From an uncultured delta proteobacterium (GTDB lineage Bacteria; Desulfobacterota; Binatia; UBA9968), in the NCBI GenBank assembly GCA_963767275.1, contig CAVYDL010000006.1, positions 296,379 through 360,378 of the forward strand: 64,000 bases of DNA, written 5' to 3'. A program made the position numbers and the translations under genes. This document shows positions 9,621 through 18,684 of the stretch, piece by piece (positions within the stretch are counted from its first letter, which is position 1; each line of letters opens with the position of its first letter). Below the pieces are notes generated by a model that worked only from the letters and a program-made list of their open reading frames with translations, was not told where the DNA came from and made no database searches.

Positions 9621-10817
9621 TCATGCAGGAAACCAAAGAAACGGCGCGCCGCTGGCGGCGAACAGATGCGAGAACAGCATCGATAGTCCGCGCACGGTGC
9701 CGAGGGAATTGCGACCGAAGAAATTAGCCCAAATCACTTCGCGCAATACAAAGCTCCCCGCCAGGCCGGTGCCATAAAGAAAAAAGCCAATATAGGTAAC
9801 ATAAATTTGCCGGCTAGTGATGGCGGTGATCAGGCCGACGCCCTGAATCAGGAACTGGATACAAGACACCTTTCGGATGTCGAATCGGTCGGCGAGCATG
9901 CCCCAGACCAGTGTGGAACCTAGTTGGGTTATTGCGATGGTGCTCATAAACGACGCGGCGACGAGCGGGGAATGGCCGATGTCGGTGACGTAAGAGAATA
10001 TATGAAGATTCAATCCGGCGATGCCGACGCTGGCGATGCCGAAGGTGATGACCAGTACCCAAAACGTCGGCAAGCGTATCGCTTGAGCGCGGGTCCACAC
10101 GGTTTCATTCGAGCTTTGCGCTGCTTCCGTGGGACTTTCATCGGTGCTCTGCCGGGACGAAGCGGGCGTCAGCGGCGGGTCGCCATCTGGTCGGAGTCCT
10201 AAATCTTCGGGTTGGCGGCGCACGAAGATCAGCGCGGGGGCGACCACTAGCAGCGGCGCGATGATGCCGAAGATCGCCCAAGTGTAGCGCCAACCGACCA
10301 GCACGAACAGCGACGCGGCGGCGATCGGAATGCCCAGCTTGGCGACACCGGTGCCGAGGTTGGCGATGCCCATGGCGCGGCCGCGCTTGCGCACGAACCA
10401 TTGGGCGATGGTGACGTTGATCACCAGCGAACCAAGCAGCGCTTCGCCGGCGATGACCAATGAACAGCGCACGACGACGAACTGCCAAAAACTCTGCACC
10501 AAGCTCGAAAGCAATAGCCCCGCGCCTTCCATGAGCACGCCAAGGACGAGCACGCCGCGCCCGCCATGGCGATCGATCCAAGAACCGAGCATGGGCACGA
10601 TCAGCGCGGCGACACCGATCTCGAATGTACGAATCAGTGAAAACGCCCCGCGCGTTACACCCAGTTCTTCGGTAATCGGCTTGAGAAAAATGCTCAACGT
10701 GCTGGAAAAGGCGAAAGTGCCGGCGATGTTGACGAGAATGCCGACGGCGACGATGTACCAGCCGTAGAAAAAACGCGGTGGCCTGCGGCTTTCCGCTGGT
10801 TCAGTCAAATTGTGCAT
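9621..10817 (-). CDS. MFS transporter
   Basis: 398 aa with about 12 predicted TM helices and a central hydrophilic loop. MFS-type motifs (GxxxDRxGRR-like: GSWIDRHGGRG). Confidence 0.8.
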   Translation of the reverse strand: MHNLTEPAESRRPPRFFYGWYIVAVGILVNIAGTFAFSSTLSIFLKPITEELGVTRGAFSLIRTFEIGVAALIVPMLGSWIDRHGGRGVLVLGVLMEGAGLLLSSLVQSFWQFVVVRCSLVIAGEALLGSLVINVTIAQWFVRKRGRAMGIANLGTGVAKLGIPIAAASLFVLVGWRYTWAIFGIIAPLLVVAPALIFVRRQPEDLGLRPDGDPPLTPASSRQSTDESPTEAAQSSNETVWTRAQAIRLPTFWVLVITFGIASVGIAGLNLHIFSYVTDIGHSPLVAASFMSTIAITQLGSTLVWGMLADRFDIRKVSCIQFLIQGVGLITAITSRQIYVTYIGFFLYGTGLAGSFVLREVIWANFFGRNSLGTVRGLSMLFSHLFAASGAPFLWFPA

Positions 10818-10968
10818 GCGGGTGAAAACAATTGTTTCGGGCGAGGATGTGTCGGTTAATTGTCCACTGATTAGCAGATTAAATAGCTGGAGTAGGATTT
10901 TTTAATGTGCGAGGAATGAATCGCCTCGATCCCCTTTTTCAAACGGGATGCTTAAGGTACATGCGTGA

Positions 10969-11811
10969 CTAGGCAATGGCGTGACTGATCTCCCACCAGT
11001 TGCCGTTTAAGTCGGCAAACAAAAACGACGCTGCATTACTCGATTCTCGTATCGTTTCAAGTTCGCGCAGTTGCCAACTTTCGCGATTAGCGGTGAATTC
11101 ACGATGAGCGTCGTGCACCGCTGTCGGCGACTCTAATGCGACGGTGAAGCGTTGGTAGCGCGAGAGTCTCGGACGGTTGGGATTTTGCGCTTGGATGCAG
11201 ACGATGTACCAGGGCGTGTCGGCATGTTTGACGTAGCAGGAGCTGGGCCACAGTTTGACTACTTCCAAACCGAGGGCGTCTCTGTAGAAGCGTTCGGATG
11301 CGGCGAGGTCGTCGTTCTCTAACGTTCCGTGGGTCAGCGCTTGGGGTACGTAGCCTTTGCCGGCGAAGGCTTCTTTGGGCAGCGGTTTTGTCCAGTGCGG
11401 GTTGGTGGTTTTGCCCATGCCGTGCTCGACGGCGTGTTCGTAGGACTCGATTTCCCAATAGTTGCCGCCGGGCTCGTAGAAATGGACCGAGTAGGCGTTG
11501 TGGTTCTCACGCGGCTTGATCACTTTGATGCCGAACTGGCTCTTGCGGCTCTCCAAATATTCCGTCGCGGTATCCACTTCGGCGTTGGTGGCGACACGCA
11601 CACCATAGTGGTTGCGCATGGATTTGATCGGCGCGGCGGAGCCGTTGGCGTGGACTACGAGCTGCCAGCCGGTGTTTGGATGTCGGAGAATTTTCTCGCC
11701 GGCTTTTTCATCAACCACGCTCAGGGCGAGAAACTCCTTGAGGATCGGTAGGGATTCGGCGAACGATCGACATTCATAATGGCCGCTTACCAGACCGGAT
11801 GGTTGTAGCAT
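10969..11811 (-). CDS. VOC-family (glyoxalase/bleomycin-resistance/extradiol-dioxygenase) two-domain protein
   Basis: 280 aa with two tandem glyoxalase-like modules (HFYEPGGNYWE..., FADLNGNWWEI). SD GGAGAAG upstream. Probably co-transcribed with the upstream SBP gene. Confidence 0.7.
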   Translation of the reverse strand: MLQPSGLVSGHYECRSFAESLPILKEFLALSVVDEKAGEKILRHPNTGWQLVVHANGSAAPIKSMRNHYGVRVATNAEVDTATEYLESRKSQFGIKVIKPRENHNAYSVHFYEPGGNYWEIESYEHAVEHGMGKTTNPHWTKPLPKEAFAGKGYVPQALTHGTLENDDLAASERFYRDALGLEVVKLWPSSCYVKHADTPWYIVCIQAQNPNRPRLSRYQRFTVALESPTAVHDAHREFTANRESWQLRELETIRESSNAASFLFADLNGNWWEISHAIA

Positions 11812-11826
11812 GGGTCTTCTCCAAAA

Positions 11827-12876
11827 TTAATTGGGCAGCTTTCCGCCCCATAGCTCCTTCAAAAATCCGCTCTTCTGCAGATTTTCAGCGAAACTGTTGT
11901 CGACGATCTCATTGGCTTTCTTGCTGACTTTGGCGCCGGCGTCGCGCGCCACTTCCACGGAATCCGCCACGGCGTCGAGCGGCACGATCAGGCGCCGGTT
12001 CACATGCTTCTTGGCATAGGCATCGTAAGAGGATTGCAACGCCTCTTCGTCGTTGACTCTGAGGATTTTCGCCACCGACGCCTTGGCCTTTTCGGGATTG
12101 TTTTCAACAAAAGCGACGGCTTCCGCCAGCGCCGCGACGAAGCGCTGGACGGTCTGCCGGCGCTCTCGCAAGGATTTGGCGTTGGTGTGCAGCGAGCTGT
12201 ATATCGCCGGCAGCCCCAAGTCATTCATATGGTAGATCAGATTGAATCCATCTTTTTTGCCGCGCGCGTCCATTGGCGGTGTGAATGGCCCGGAATCGAT
12301 AACGCCCTGCATCATGGCGTTGTAGCGCTCCGGCTGGCTACCGCCTACGGGGCGGATCTGCGTGTCGTTAAGCCCGAACTTCTTCACGAAAATTCTTAGC
12401 AGGCGGTAGGGCAGGCCGGCGACGCTGCCGACGCCGATGGACTTTCCTTTCAAATCTTGCACCGTGCGGATTTCCTTGCGCGCGATGATTACGTAGGGCA
12501 AACCGACCAAGGGCGAAGCGACCAGGATGGCGTCGCGGCCCACGGCCATACCCGGCAGGGTCGAGTCGGCGGCGCAATAGAGGAACTGCACTTCGTCGGC
12601 GCCGAGGGCGGCGAGATTGATATTCGTGCCGCCGCGGATGACGACATGTTTGATCGCGATGCCGTATTTTTCAAACAGGTTCTGATCGAGGGCGGCGTAG
12701 AGTTGGATAAAGCCGCCGGTAACAGCGCAGGTGGCCACATACACGGTGACCGGCGCTTCGCCCGGCTTTGCTAGATAGGGGTTGGCGCGGGCGAAGGGCG
12801 CGGCGAAAATGGCCGCGACGAGGAAGCCGATAAATGAAAAACGTCTTACGGTCTTGGCGTTCAGGTGTAATGACAT
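11827..12876 (-). CDS. NMT1/THI5-like ABC transporter substrate-binding protein (orphan), paralogue 1
   Basis: ORF 11827..12957. The ATG at 12876 has AAGGTAA upstream and gives signal peptide MSLHLNAKTVRRFSFIGFLVAAIFAAPFARA. SsuA/TauA/NMT1-like blocks are present. No adjacent permease or ATPase. Confidence 0.7.
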   Translation of the reverse strand: MSLHLNAKTVRRFSFIGFLVAAIFAAPFARANPYLAKPGEAPVTVYVATCAVTGGFIQLYAALDQNLFEKYGIAIKHVVIRGGTNINLAALGADEVQFLYCAADSTLPGMAVGRDAILVASPLVGLPYVIIARKEIRTVQDLKGKSIGVGSVAGLPYRLLRIFVKKFGLNDTQIRPVGGSQPERYNAMMQGVIDSGPFTPPMDARGKKDGFNLIYHMNDLGLPAIYSSLHTNAKSLRERRQTVQRFVAALAEAVAFVENNPEKAKASVAKILRVNDEEALQSSYDAYAKKHVNRRLIVPLDAVADSVEVARDAGAKVSKKANEIVDNSFAENLQKSGFLKELWGGKLPN

Positions 12877-13025
12877 GATTACCTTGGCTGAAGTTGCGAG
12901 TTTTGGAAGTCTGATAAGACAACAGCGCTGCCGGGCTGTCAACCGCTTGATGGGCATAGAGGCTCCTTGAAAAGCGCACCGGACAGCACTAACAATGGCT
13001 GCGCGCTGGGCTCAGGAGGTTGGTC

Positions 13026-14105
13026 ATGCTGATTCTTTCCAACGATGAGATCGAAAAAATTCTGCCGGTGGGCGCTTGCCTCGACGTGCTCGAAGACGCC
13101 TATCGCGATCTCGGCAACGGCATGGCGGCGACGGTGCCGCGCTATGACGTCTTCAGCCCGACGAAGTCATCAAATGAGTTCTACGAGTACAAGACTATGA
13201 GCGGCGTGCTGCCCAATCGCGGCATCGCCGCGCTGCGGCTCAACTCCAGCGTGGTCAAGTGGTACGAGAAGGCGGGCGGTATACGCAAGGACAAACTGCC
13301 GGTAGCCGGCGGCGACCGCTACGTCGGGCTAATCATGCTGTTCAGCACCGAGACCGGCGAGCCGCTGGCGATTTTTCCCGACGGCTATGTGCAGAAGTTG
13401 CGTGTCGCCGGCGCCAGCGCGATCGCAGCGCGCTATCTGGCGCGCAAGAATTCCACCAGGATGGCTTTACTCGGTTCTGGCTGGCAGGCGAGCGCGCATC
13501 TGGTCACGATGGCGATGGTTCGAGATCTGAAACAGGTCCGAGTGTTCAGCCCGACGCCGGAATCGCGCCGCAGGTTTGTCGATGAATGGCGCGGCCAGGT
13601 TAATGCCGAATTGATCGAGTCGGCTAGCGCCGCCGAAGCGATCAAAGACGCCGACATGGTCGTGTGCACGACCAACTCGATCTCGGCATTATTTCCCGGC
13701 GAGATCTTGGAGCCGGGAATGCACGTCTCATGCGTCAAGCCGTGCGAGCTCGACGCTTTGACTTACAAGCGCTCCGATCCGCTGATTATTCACTGGCGCG
13801 AAGCGAAACCGTTTCAAATCGCCATCGGCGTCGATCCGCAGTCGATTCCCGATGTCGCTGAGGGTTGGCACCATCCGATCACCCGCGAAGACGCGCCGAT
13901 CTGGGATTTGCCGGCGATCTCGCAGTTGGTCAACGGCGAGCACCCCGGACGCACTCGAGAAGATGCCATCACGTGCTTTTGCAATAACGTCGGCCTTGGT
14001 TTGCAGTTCGCCGCCGTCGGCAGTGAAGTATTGGCACGCGCGCGTGAGGCGCGAGTAGGTCGGGAGATTCCGACGGATTGGTTTTTGGAAGATGTGCATC
14101 CGTAG
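13026..14105 (+). CDS. Ornithine cyclodeaminase / mu-crystallin family protein
   Basis: ORF 13020..14105. The ATG at 13026 is 6 nt after AGGAGG (13014-13019). An OCD-family Rossmann segment (MALLGSGWQASAHL) is present. Confidence 0.8.
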   Translation: MLILSNDEIEKILPVGACLDVLEDAYRDLGNGMAATVPRYDVFSPTKSSNEFYEYKTMSGVLPNRGIAALRLNSSVVKWYEKAGGIRKDKLPVAGGDRYVGLIMLFSTETGEPLAIFPDGYVQKLRVAGASAIAARYLARKNSTRMALLGSGWQASAHLVTMAMVRDLKQVRVFSPTPESRRRFVDEWRGQVNAELIESASAAEAIKDADMVVCTTNSISALFPGEILEPGMHVSCVKPCELDALTYKRSDPLIIHWREAKPFQIAIGVDPQSIPDVAEGWHHPITREDAPIWDLPAISQLVNGEHPGRTREDAITCFCNNVGLGLQFAAVGSEVLARAREARVGREIPTDWFLEDVHP

Positions 14106-14437
14106 AATTTCGTTGAGATGCAAACCGCAAAGTTCAACGCCAGATCCATTTAGTAACGATCAAGCACCGCGAATATCATTCTGCGCAGCTACTTGCCCCA
14201 GAGATGCAGACACTTGATCTAACGATTGTCGAAGCTGCACACAACAAAAAAGTATTAGCTGCTGCGCCGCGGCCCTTTCGGAGCCGAGATAAGCGCTAAA
14301 CTCTAAGTTAATTCCGTACAGAAACTGTAAAGTAAATTTACAGAAAAAGTCACACTGTGCATGGAGTCTCAAGCTGTTTCACGATCTATATGATCGAGCG
14401 GCCGCATTGGCGATTGTCTTTTAATTTTCAAGACTTT

Positions 14438-14579
14438 CCCTAGCAGGCTGCTGAAAAACTCCTAGGAGTCCTTCGCCGTCGCTCAGGACGAACGGAGGGG
14501 AGATGATATCATTGATGTTTTTCCGTTCATGCTGAGGTACTCGAAGCATTCCGGACCTTTTTTCAGCACCCTGCTAGGG
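14438..14579. repeat. MITE-like element: 21-22-bp terminal inverted repeats (CCCTAGCAGGCTGCTGAAAAA / TTTTTTCAGCACCCTGCTAGGG) flanking about 100 bp
   Basis: Arms at 14438-14458 and 14558-14579 are reverse complements with one mismatch. An internal 10-bp perfect palindrome CTCCTAGGAG lies at 14460-14469. It sits in a noncoding, AT-richer region. Confidence 0.45.
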
Positions 14580-14732
14580 CGCAGTCGAGCTTTCGGTTCC
14601 ACTGGCGTTTTCGATTGAGCAATTTCAAGCCGTTGATAATTCGACGGATGCACACACAGCCTGCGTGCGCGGTCGCACGACGGGAGTGTAACGTTAAATC
14701 AATTTATTTTTTTCCATCGCTCTATTATCTTA

Positions 14733-14761
14733 TTGACAGAGAAAAAACACTTTCGTAAACT
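14733..14761 (+). promoter_or_regulatory. Near-consensus sigma70 promoter (TTGACA-17-TAAACT) with AT-rich UP-like tract
   Basis: -35 TTGACA at 14733-14738, 17-nt spacer, -10 TAAACT at 14756-14761. Upstream 14701-14730 is about 75% A/T. Confidence 0.55.
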
Positions 14762-14793
14762 AATTGTCAGCAGGGAAAGGAGGTGGTCCAGAC

Positions 14794-14835
14794 ATGATTG
14801 ATTTAAGTACTGGCTGTGAGGTGGCTGAGACTTAG
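14794..14835 (+). CDS. 13-codon small ORF (MIDLSTGCEVAET) with strong SD
   Basis: AAAGGAGGTG at 14776-14785 lies 10 nt before the ATG at 14794. Stop TAG at 14833-14835. Within the ORF, GAGGTGGCTGAG is complementary to the downstream CTCAGCCACC (14890-14899), which allows alternative pairing. Confidence 0.3.
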   Translation: MIDLSTGCEVAET

Positions 14836-14903
14836 GCTCTAGGCGGCGACTCTGAATGGAGATTCGGGCCTAGAACCTGAGAATCTCCCTCAGCCACCGC
14901 AGT

Positions 14904-14956
14904 GGCCCGCTGCACCGGTCGCGCAAGCTGCCGAGTGTAGCGGGCCTTTTTATTTT
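14904..14956 (+). terminator. Rho-independent terminator (GGCCCGCT...AGCGGGCC + TTTTTATTTTT)
   Basis: 8-bp GC-rich stem at 14904-14911 / 14939-14946, followed by a T run to 14956. The T run overlaps the stop codon of the convergent HEAT-repeat gene. Confidence 0.6.
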
Positions 14957-15654
14957 TGCAGCATCTTAAGTGCTGCATCGGCGCTTTTTTTGATCTGCCC
15001 ATTGCCGCTCCGGCTCGCTTCATTCAACGCCCGCATAAATTCTCCGCTTGGCGACCCTAAACTGGCCAAGGTTACGGCGACCACATTCTTCACGCGGTCA
15101 TCTGCATCATGCAAATAAGTCGCTAGCAGCTTTTGCCGGACGGCAGCATCGACATCGGTTCTTACTTTCAGACTGGTTGCGGCGGCGACCCGCACCGTCG
15201 GTTCCGGATCTTCCAGGGATTTCAACATGGCCGCGCGGCTTTGCTCGTCGTTCAGCGCCAAATCACGCAGGCAGTAAAGCGCCATGCGTTTCTGGTTGGC
15301 GCTGCCGGTTGCACACAGCTCGGTCAGCAAAGGGACCACGGCGCCGACCTGTTGAGCGATGCGGACTAGCAGAAGGCCGTTAGCCCAGCGAATATCCGGC
15401 TCGCGGTGATCGAGGGCGCCGAGCAGCGTGCGAATCACCACTGCCGAAGGCTGGGCTTGATGGCCGAGAACGTAGGCGACCGGCCAATAGTTTCCGTGCT
15501 CCGCTTCGCTCAGGCGATTATGAAGCGCTTGTCTAACAGTTTCAGAAGTCTCCGCCAATGCGATTAGTTTGTCGACGGCGGCGCGGATCGTCGGCTTGTC
15601 GGGATGATCGAGGGCGGCGATGAGATCGGCAATCTCGCGTGGTTCGGTTGCCAT
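14950..15654 (-). CDS. HEAT/PBS-lyase-repeat protein
   Basis: 234 aa of repeated helical HEAT-like units (DPEPTVRVAAATSL, DADDRVKNVVAVTLASLG). Confidence 0.65.
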   Translation of the reverse strand: MATEPREIADLIAALDHPDKPTIRAAVDKLIALAETSETVRQALHNRLSEAEHGNYWPVAYVLGHQAQPSAVVIRTLLGALDHREPDIRWANGLLLVRIAQQVGAVVPLLTELCATGSANQKRMALYCLRDLALNDEQSRAAMLKSLEDPEPTVRVAAATSLKVRTDVDAAVRQKLLATYLHDADDRVKNVVAVTLASLGSPSGEFMRALNEASRSGNGQIKKSADAALKMLQK

Positions 15655-15685
15655 GAGCGAATTGCAACGCGGGAATATAGCCGGT

Positions 15686-16879
15686 TTAGATTTCTAAAAA
15701 CTGCGGGCAGTCGGTCAAATTGCGGTTACCCTTGGGCTTGACCACGACGACATCTTCCAATCTGACGCCGCCGACGCCGATGTAATAGAGTCCCGGTTCG
15801 ACCGTGACAACATGGCCGGTGCGCAGAGTTGCGTCTATCGGCGCGATGCGCGGCGGCTCGTGAATGTCCAAACCCAAACCATGGCCGGTGCCGTGGAAAA
15901 AGCCCTGCATGCGGCCGTTAATTCTCCCAGTCGGAAAGCCGCGGGCGGCGAACATGTCGAGAATATTTTGGTGGACTTCCTTGCCGTTGACGCCATCGCG
16001 GATCTGCGCGTAGCCGATCTGCTGCCCGGCTTGGACCGTGGCGTAGATAGCCTTTAGTTTTTCCGACGCCCGGCCGCGCACTACGGTGCGGCTCAAGTCA
16101 CCGAAATAACCATTGTGCTGGGAACGCGGGAAGATGTCGAAGATGATCGAGGTGTTGGCGCGAATTGGGCCCGTGCCTTCGTGGTGCGGATCGACGCATT
16201 GGTTCCCCGACGAGATGATCGTGTGGCTCGGCAGCCAACCTTGCGCCATGATCGTCGTGTTGACCGCGGTCTTGAGCATTTCGGATGTGAGCCGCGTGCC
16301 GTGGAGATAAAGATAGCCGTCGCGTTTTGTCTTGGTCCGTTTGAGCATGCGGATGCCCGCTTCCAAGCCCAGCCGGGCGATACGCAGGGATTCGGTGATT
16401 TGTTTTACCTCGAGATTATTCTTAGTCTCGCGCTGGGGCCAGAACGGGTCGCGTTTGATTTGCACGCTGTAGCCCTTGGCGCGCAGCTGATCCAACAGGA
16501 GCGCGGAAAAATTCGCCGGCACGATCAGCGAGCGAATGGCGCGTTCGCGAAATATCATGTCGACGATGTCGATGACCGCGGCCGGCGACTTGCCGAGCTT
16601 GCGCAGCTTCTTTTGATACAACGACAATGACAGAACCCGATCGGCATGGGCTTGCTTCTTGGCGCGGTCGATCTCCAGATCGCTCATGACGATGTGGCGA
16701 TGGTTTTTGTGCTGAAAGAAAATAAACGGATCGGGGACGAAGAAACCGGTGGCGTAAAGCATGTTGGCGTCGCCTTCGCTGGCGGCGTAAAGCAGGATTG
16801 CCTGGTTCGGTTTGAGTTGGATCGGTTGCGGCGCCGAGCCGCTCGATAGGGTTTGTGGCTTTGCCTTGGCTTCGAACAT
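15686..16879 (-). CDS. M24-family metallopeptidase (Xaa-Pro aminopeptidase/creatinase-like)
   Basis: 397 aa. The C-terminal pita-bread catalytic domain has metal-ligand blocks (HGTGHGLGLDIHE, VVTVEPGLY). The N-terminal creatinase-like domain is present. Confidence 0.8.
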   Translation of the reverse strand: MFEAKAKPQTLSSGSAPQPIQLKPNQAILLYAASEGDANMLYATGFFVPDPFIFFQHKNHRHIVMSDLEIDRAKKQAHADRVLSLSLYQKKLRKLGKSPAAVIDIVDMIFRERAIRSLIVPANFSALLLDQLRAKGYSVQIKRDPFWPQRETKNNLEVKQITESLRIARLGLEAGIRMLKRTKTKRDGYLYLHGTRLTSEMLKTAVNTTIMAQGWLPSHTIISSGNQCVDPHHEGTGPIRANTSIIFDIFPRSQHNGYFGDLSRTVVRGRASEKLKAIYATVQAGQQIGYAQIRDGVNGKEVHQNILDMFAARGFPTGRINGRMQGFFHGTGHGLGLDIHEPPRIAPIDATLRTGHVVTVEPGLYYIGVGGVRLEDVVVVKPKGNRNLTDCPQFLEI

Positions 16880-16990
16880 GATTGCTTGATCGCCTCGATT
16901 CGCGTCGTTTATGGTTTTCCGAGAGTTCGTTCACGCTAACAACTTAGCTCTGGAACTGCAAGTTTTTCCTCGTGAATTCGCTTCATTCGG

Positions 16991-17018
16991 TTGACAGTCC
17001 AAGGGCTTTTGTTATGAT
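16991..17018 (+). promoter_or_regulatory. Candidate sigma70 promoter (TTGACA-16-TATGAT) for the acyl-CoA carboxylase operon
   Basis: -35 at 16991-16996 and -10 at 17013-17018, about 60 nt upstream of the ATG at 17081, in a divergent intergenic region. Confidence 0.45.
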
Positions 17019-17080
17019 GCCGCGATTCGCTGGCGAAACTATTTTCGACTTCGCGTCCTAACCAATTTCTCTCGACGACG

Positions 17081-18625
17081 ATGGCTAATAATCTCGACAA
17101 ACTCCGCGAACTCAACGACAAAGCCGAAGCTGGCGGCGGCGCCGATCGCGCCCGGCGCCAACATGAACAAGGCAAACTTTTGGCGCGCGAGCGTCTCGAC
17201 ATTCTGCTCGACAGCGGCAGTTTCATCGAGATCGACCGCCTGCGCACGCATCACAGCACTGACTTCGGCCTGGATAAACAAAAATTTTTGGGCGACGCCG
17301 TGGTCACCGGCTACGGCGCCATCGACGGCCGGCTCGTTTACGTCTACTCACAGGACTTCACTGTTTTTGGCGGCAGCCTGAGCCGCGTGGTTGCCGACAA
17401 AATCTGTAAAGTCATGGACATGGCGATCAAGAACGGCGCGCCGCTAATCGGCATCAACGACTCCGGCGGCGCGCGCATTCAAGAGGGCGTCGACAGCCTC
17501 GCCGGCTATGGCGATATATTTCAACGCAACGTGATGGCGTCGGGAGTAGTGCCGCAGCTCACCGCGATCATGGGACCCTGCGCCGGCGGCGCGGTCTATT
17601 CGCCGGCGATCACCGATTTCATCTTCATGGTCAAGACCAACAGTTACATGTTCATCACCGGTCCGGACGTGATCAAGACGGTGACCCACGAAGAGGTAAG
17701 TAAAGAAGACTTGGGCGGCGCGGAGACCCATACGGCCAGGAGCGGAGTGGCGCATTTTACCGCCAATACCGAAAAGGATTGCTTGCTGATGATGCGTGAG
17801 CTGGTCAGTTTTTTGCCCAGCAACAATCAGGAGGATCCGCCGTTTCGCCCGACCTCTGACGATCCGCTGCGGCGCGACAAGCGGCTCAAAGACATTATCC
17901 CCGATAATCCCAACCGCCCGTACGACATGAAAGAGTTGATCGGCGCGGTGGTGGATGAAGGCTATTTCTACGAAATCCAACCGGAATTCGCACGCAATAT
18001 TCTTATCGGCTTCGCCCATATCGGCGGCCGTTCCATCGGTATTGTTGCCAATCAGCCGAATCATTTGGCCGGCTGTCTCGACATCAATGCCTCGGTGAAG
18101 GCGGCGCGCTTTATTCGTTTCTGTGACTGTTTCAATATTCCGATCGTTACTTTTGTCGACGTGCCGGGTTTTTTACCCGGCACCGAACAGGAATATAACG
18201 GGATCATTCGCCACGGCGCGAAGTTGCTGTACGCCTACGCCGAAGCGACGGTGCCGAAGGTGACTATCGTGACGCGCAAGGCTTACGGGGGCGGCTACAT
18301 CGTCATGTCGAGCAAACATCTGCGCGGCGATGTCAACCTGGTCTATCCCACCGGCGAGATCGCCGTCATGGGTCCGGAAGGGGCGATCAACATCGTCTTC
18401 CGCGGTGAATTGGAAAAATCGGCCGACCCGACCAAGACCCGCGACGAGCTGGTCAACAACTATCGCGAGACCTTTGCCAATCCGTTCAAAGCCGCCGAGT
18501 CAGGCTACGTCGACGGCATCGTTTATCCCGAGGACACGAGACCGACTTTGATCCGCGCCTTGGAAATGCTCAAGAACAAGCAAGATCACAATCCACCCAA
18601 GAAACATGGGAATCTTCCGCTGTAG
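17081..18625 (+). CDS. Acyl-CoA carboxylase carboxyltransferase (beta) subunit (propionyl-CoA carboxylase beta / methylmalonyl-CoA carboxyltransferase family)
   Basis: 514 aa with strong family blocks throughout ([48 protein letters not shown]). Confidence 0.9.
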   Translation: MANNLDKLRELNDKAEAGGGADRARRQHEQGKLLARERLDILLDSGSFIEIDRLRTHHSTDFGLDKQKFLGDAVVTGYGAIDGRLVYVYSQDFTVFGGSLSRVVADKICKVMDMAIKNGAPLIGINDSGGARIQEGVDSLAGYGDIFQRNVMASGVVPQLTAIMGPCAGGAVYSPAITDFIFMVKTNSYMFITGPDVIKTVTHEEVSKEDLGGAETHTARSGVAHFTANTEKDCLLMMRELVSFLPSNNQEDPPFRPTSDDPLRRDKRLKDIIPDNPNRPYDMKELIGAVVDEGYFYEIQPEFARNILIGFAHIGGRSIGIVANQPNHLAGCLDINASVKAARFIRFCDCFNIPIVTFVDVPGFLPGTEQEYNGIIRHGAKLLYAYAEATVPKVTIVTRKAYGGGYIVMSSKHLRGDVNLVYPTGEIAVMGPEGAINIVFRGELEKSADPTKTRDELVNNYRETFANPFKAAESGYVDGIVYPEDTRPTLIRALEMLKNKQDHNPPKKHGNLPL

Positions 18626-18684
18626 ATACCTCACGATGCGAGCGCCAGGGCAGGGCGAGCCTGGCTTCGATATCCCTTCGCAAA

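Larger units (their letters stand above)
14768..14956 (+). ncRNA. Candidate ~190-nt small RNA / small-ORF transcript (promoter to intrinsic terminator)
   Basis: Bounded by the promoter above and the terminator at 14904-14956. Contains a strong SD plus a 13-codon ORF and several hairpins. There is no downstream same-strand gene; the next gene is convergent. Confidence 0.4.

Noticed and set aside
14317-14343. Palindromes as a LexA/SOS box
   Set aside because: Spacing (CTGT-N11-ACAG) does not match the E. coli CTGT-N8-ACAG box and no SOS gene is adjacent. Kept only as a generic operator candidate.
14160-14372. 70-aa minus-strand ORF covering the TACAG/CTGTA palindrome cluster
   Set aside because: TTG start without SD, Cys/Phe-rich nonsense-like sequence, and it lies in an AT-rich region where the palindromes are better explained as DNA signals.
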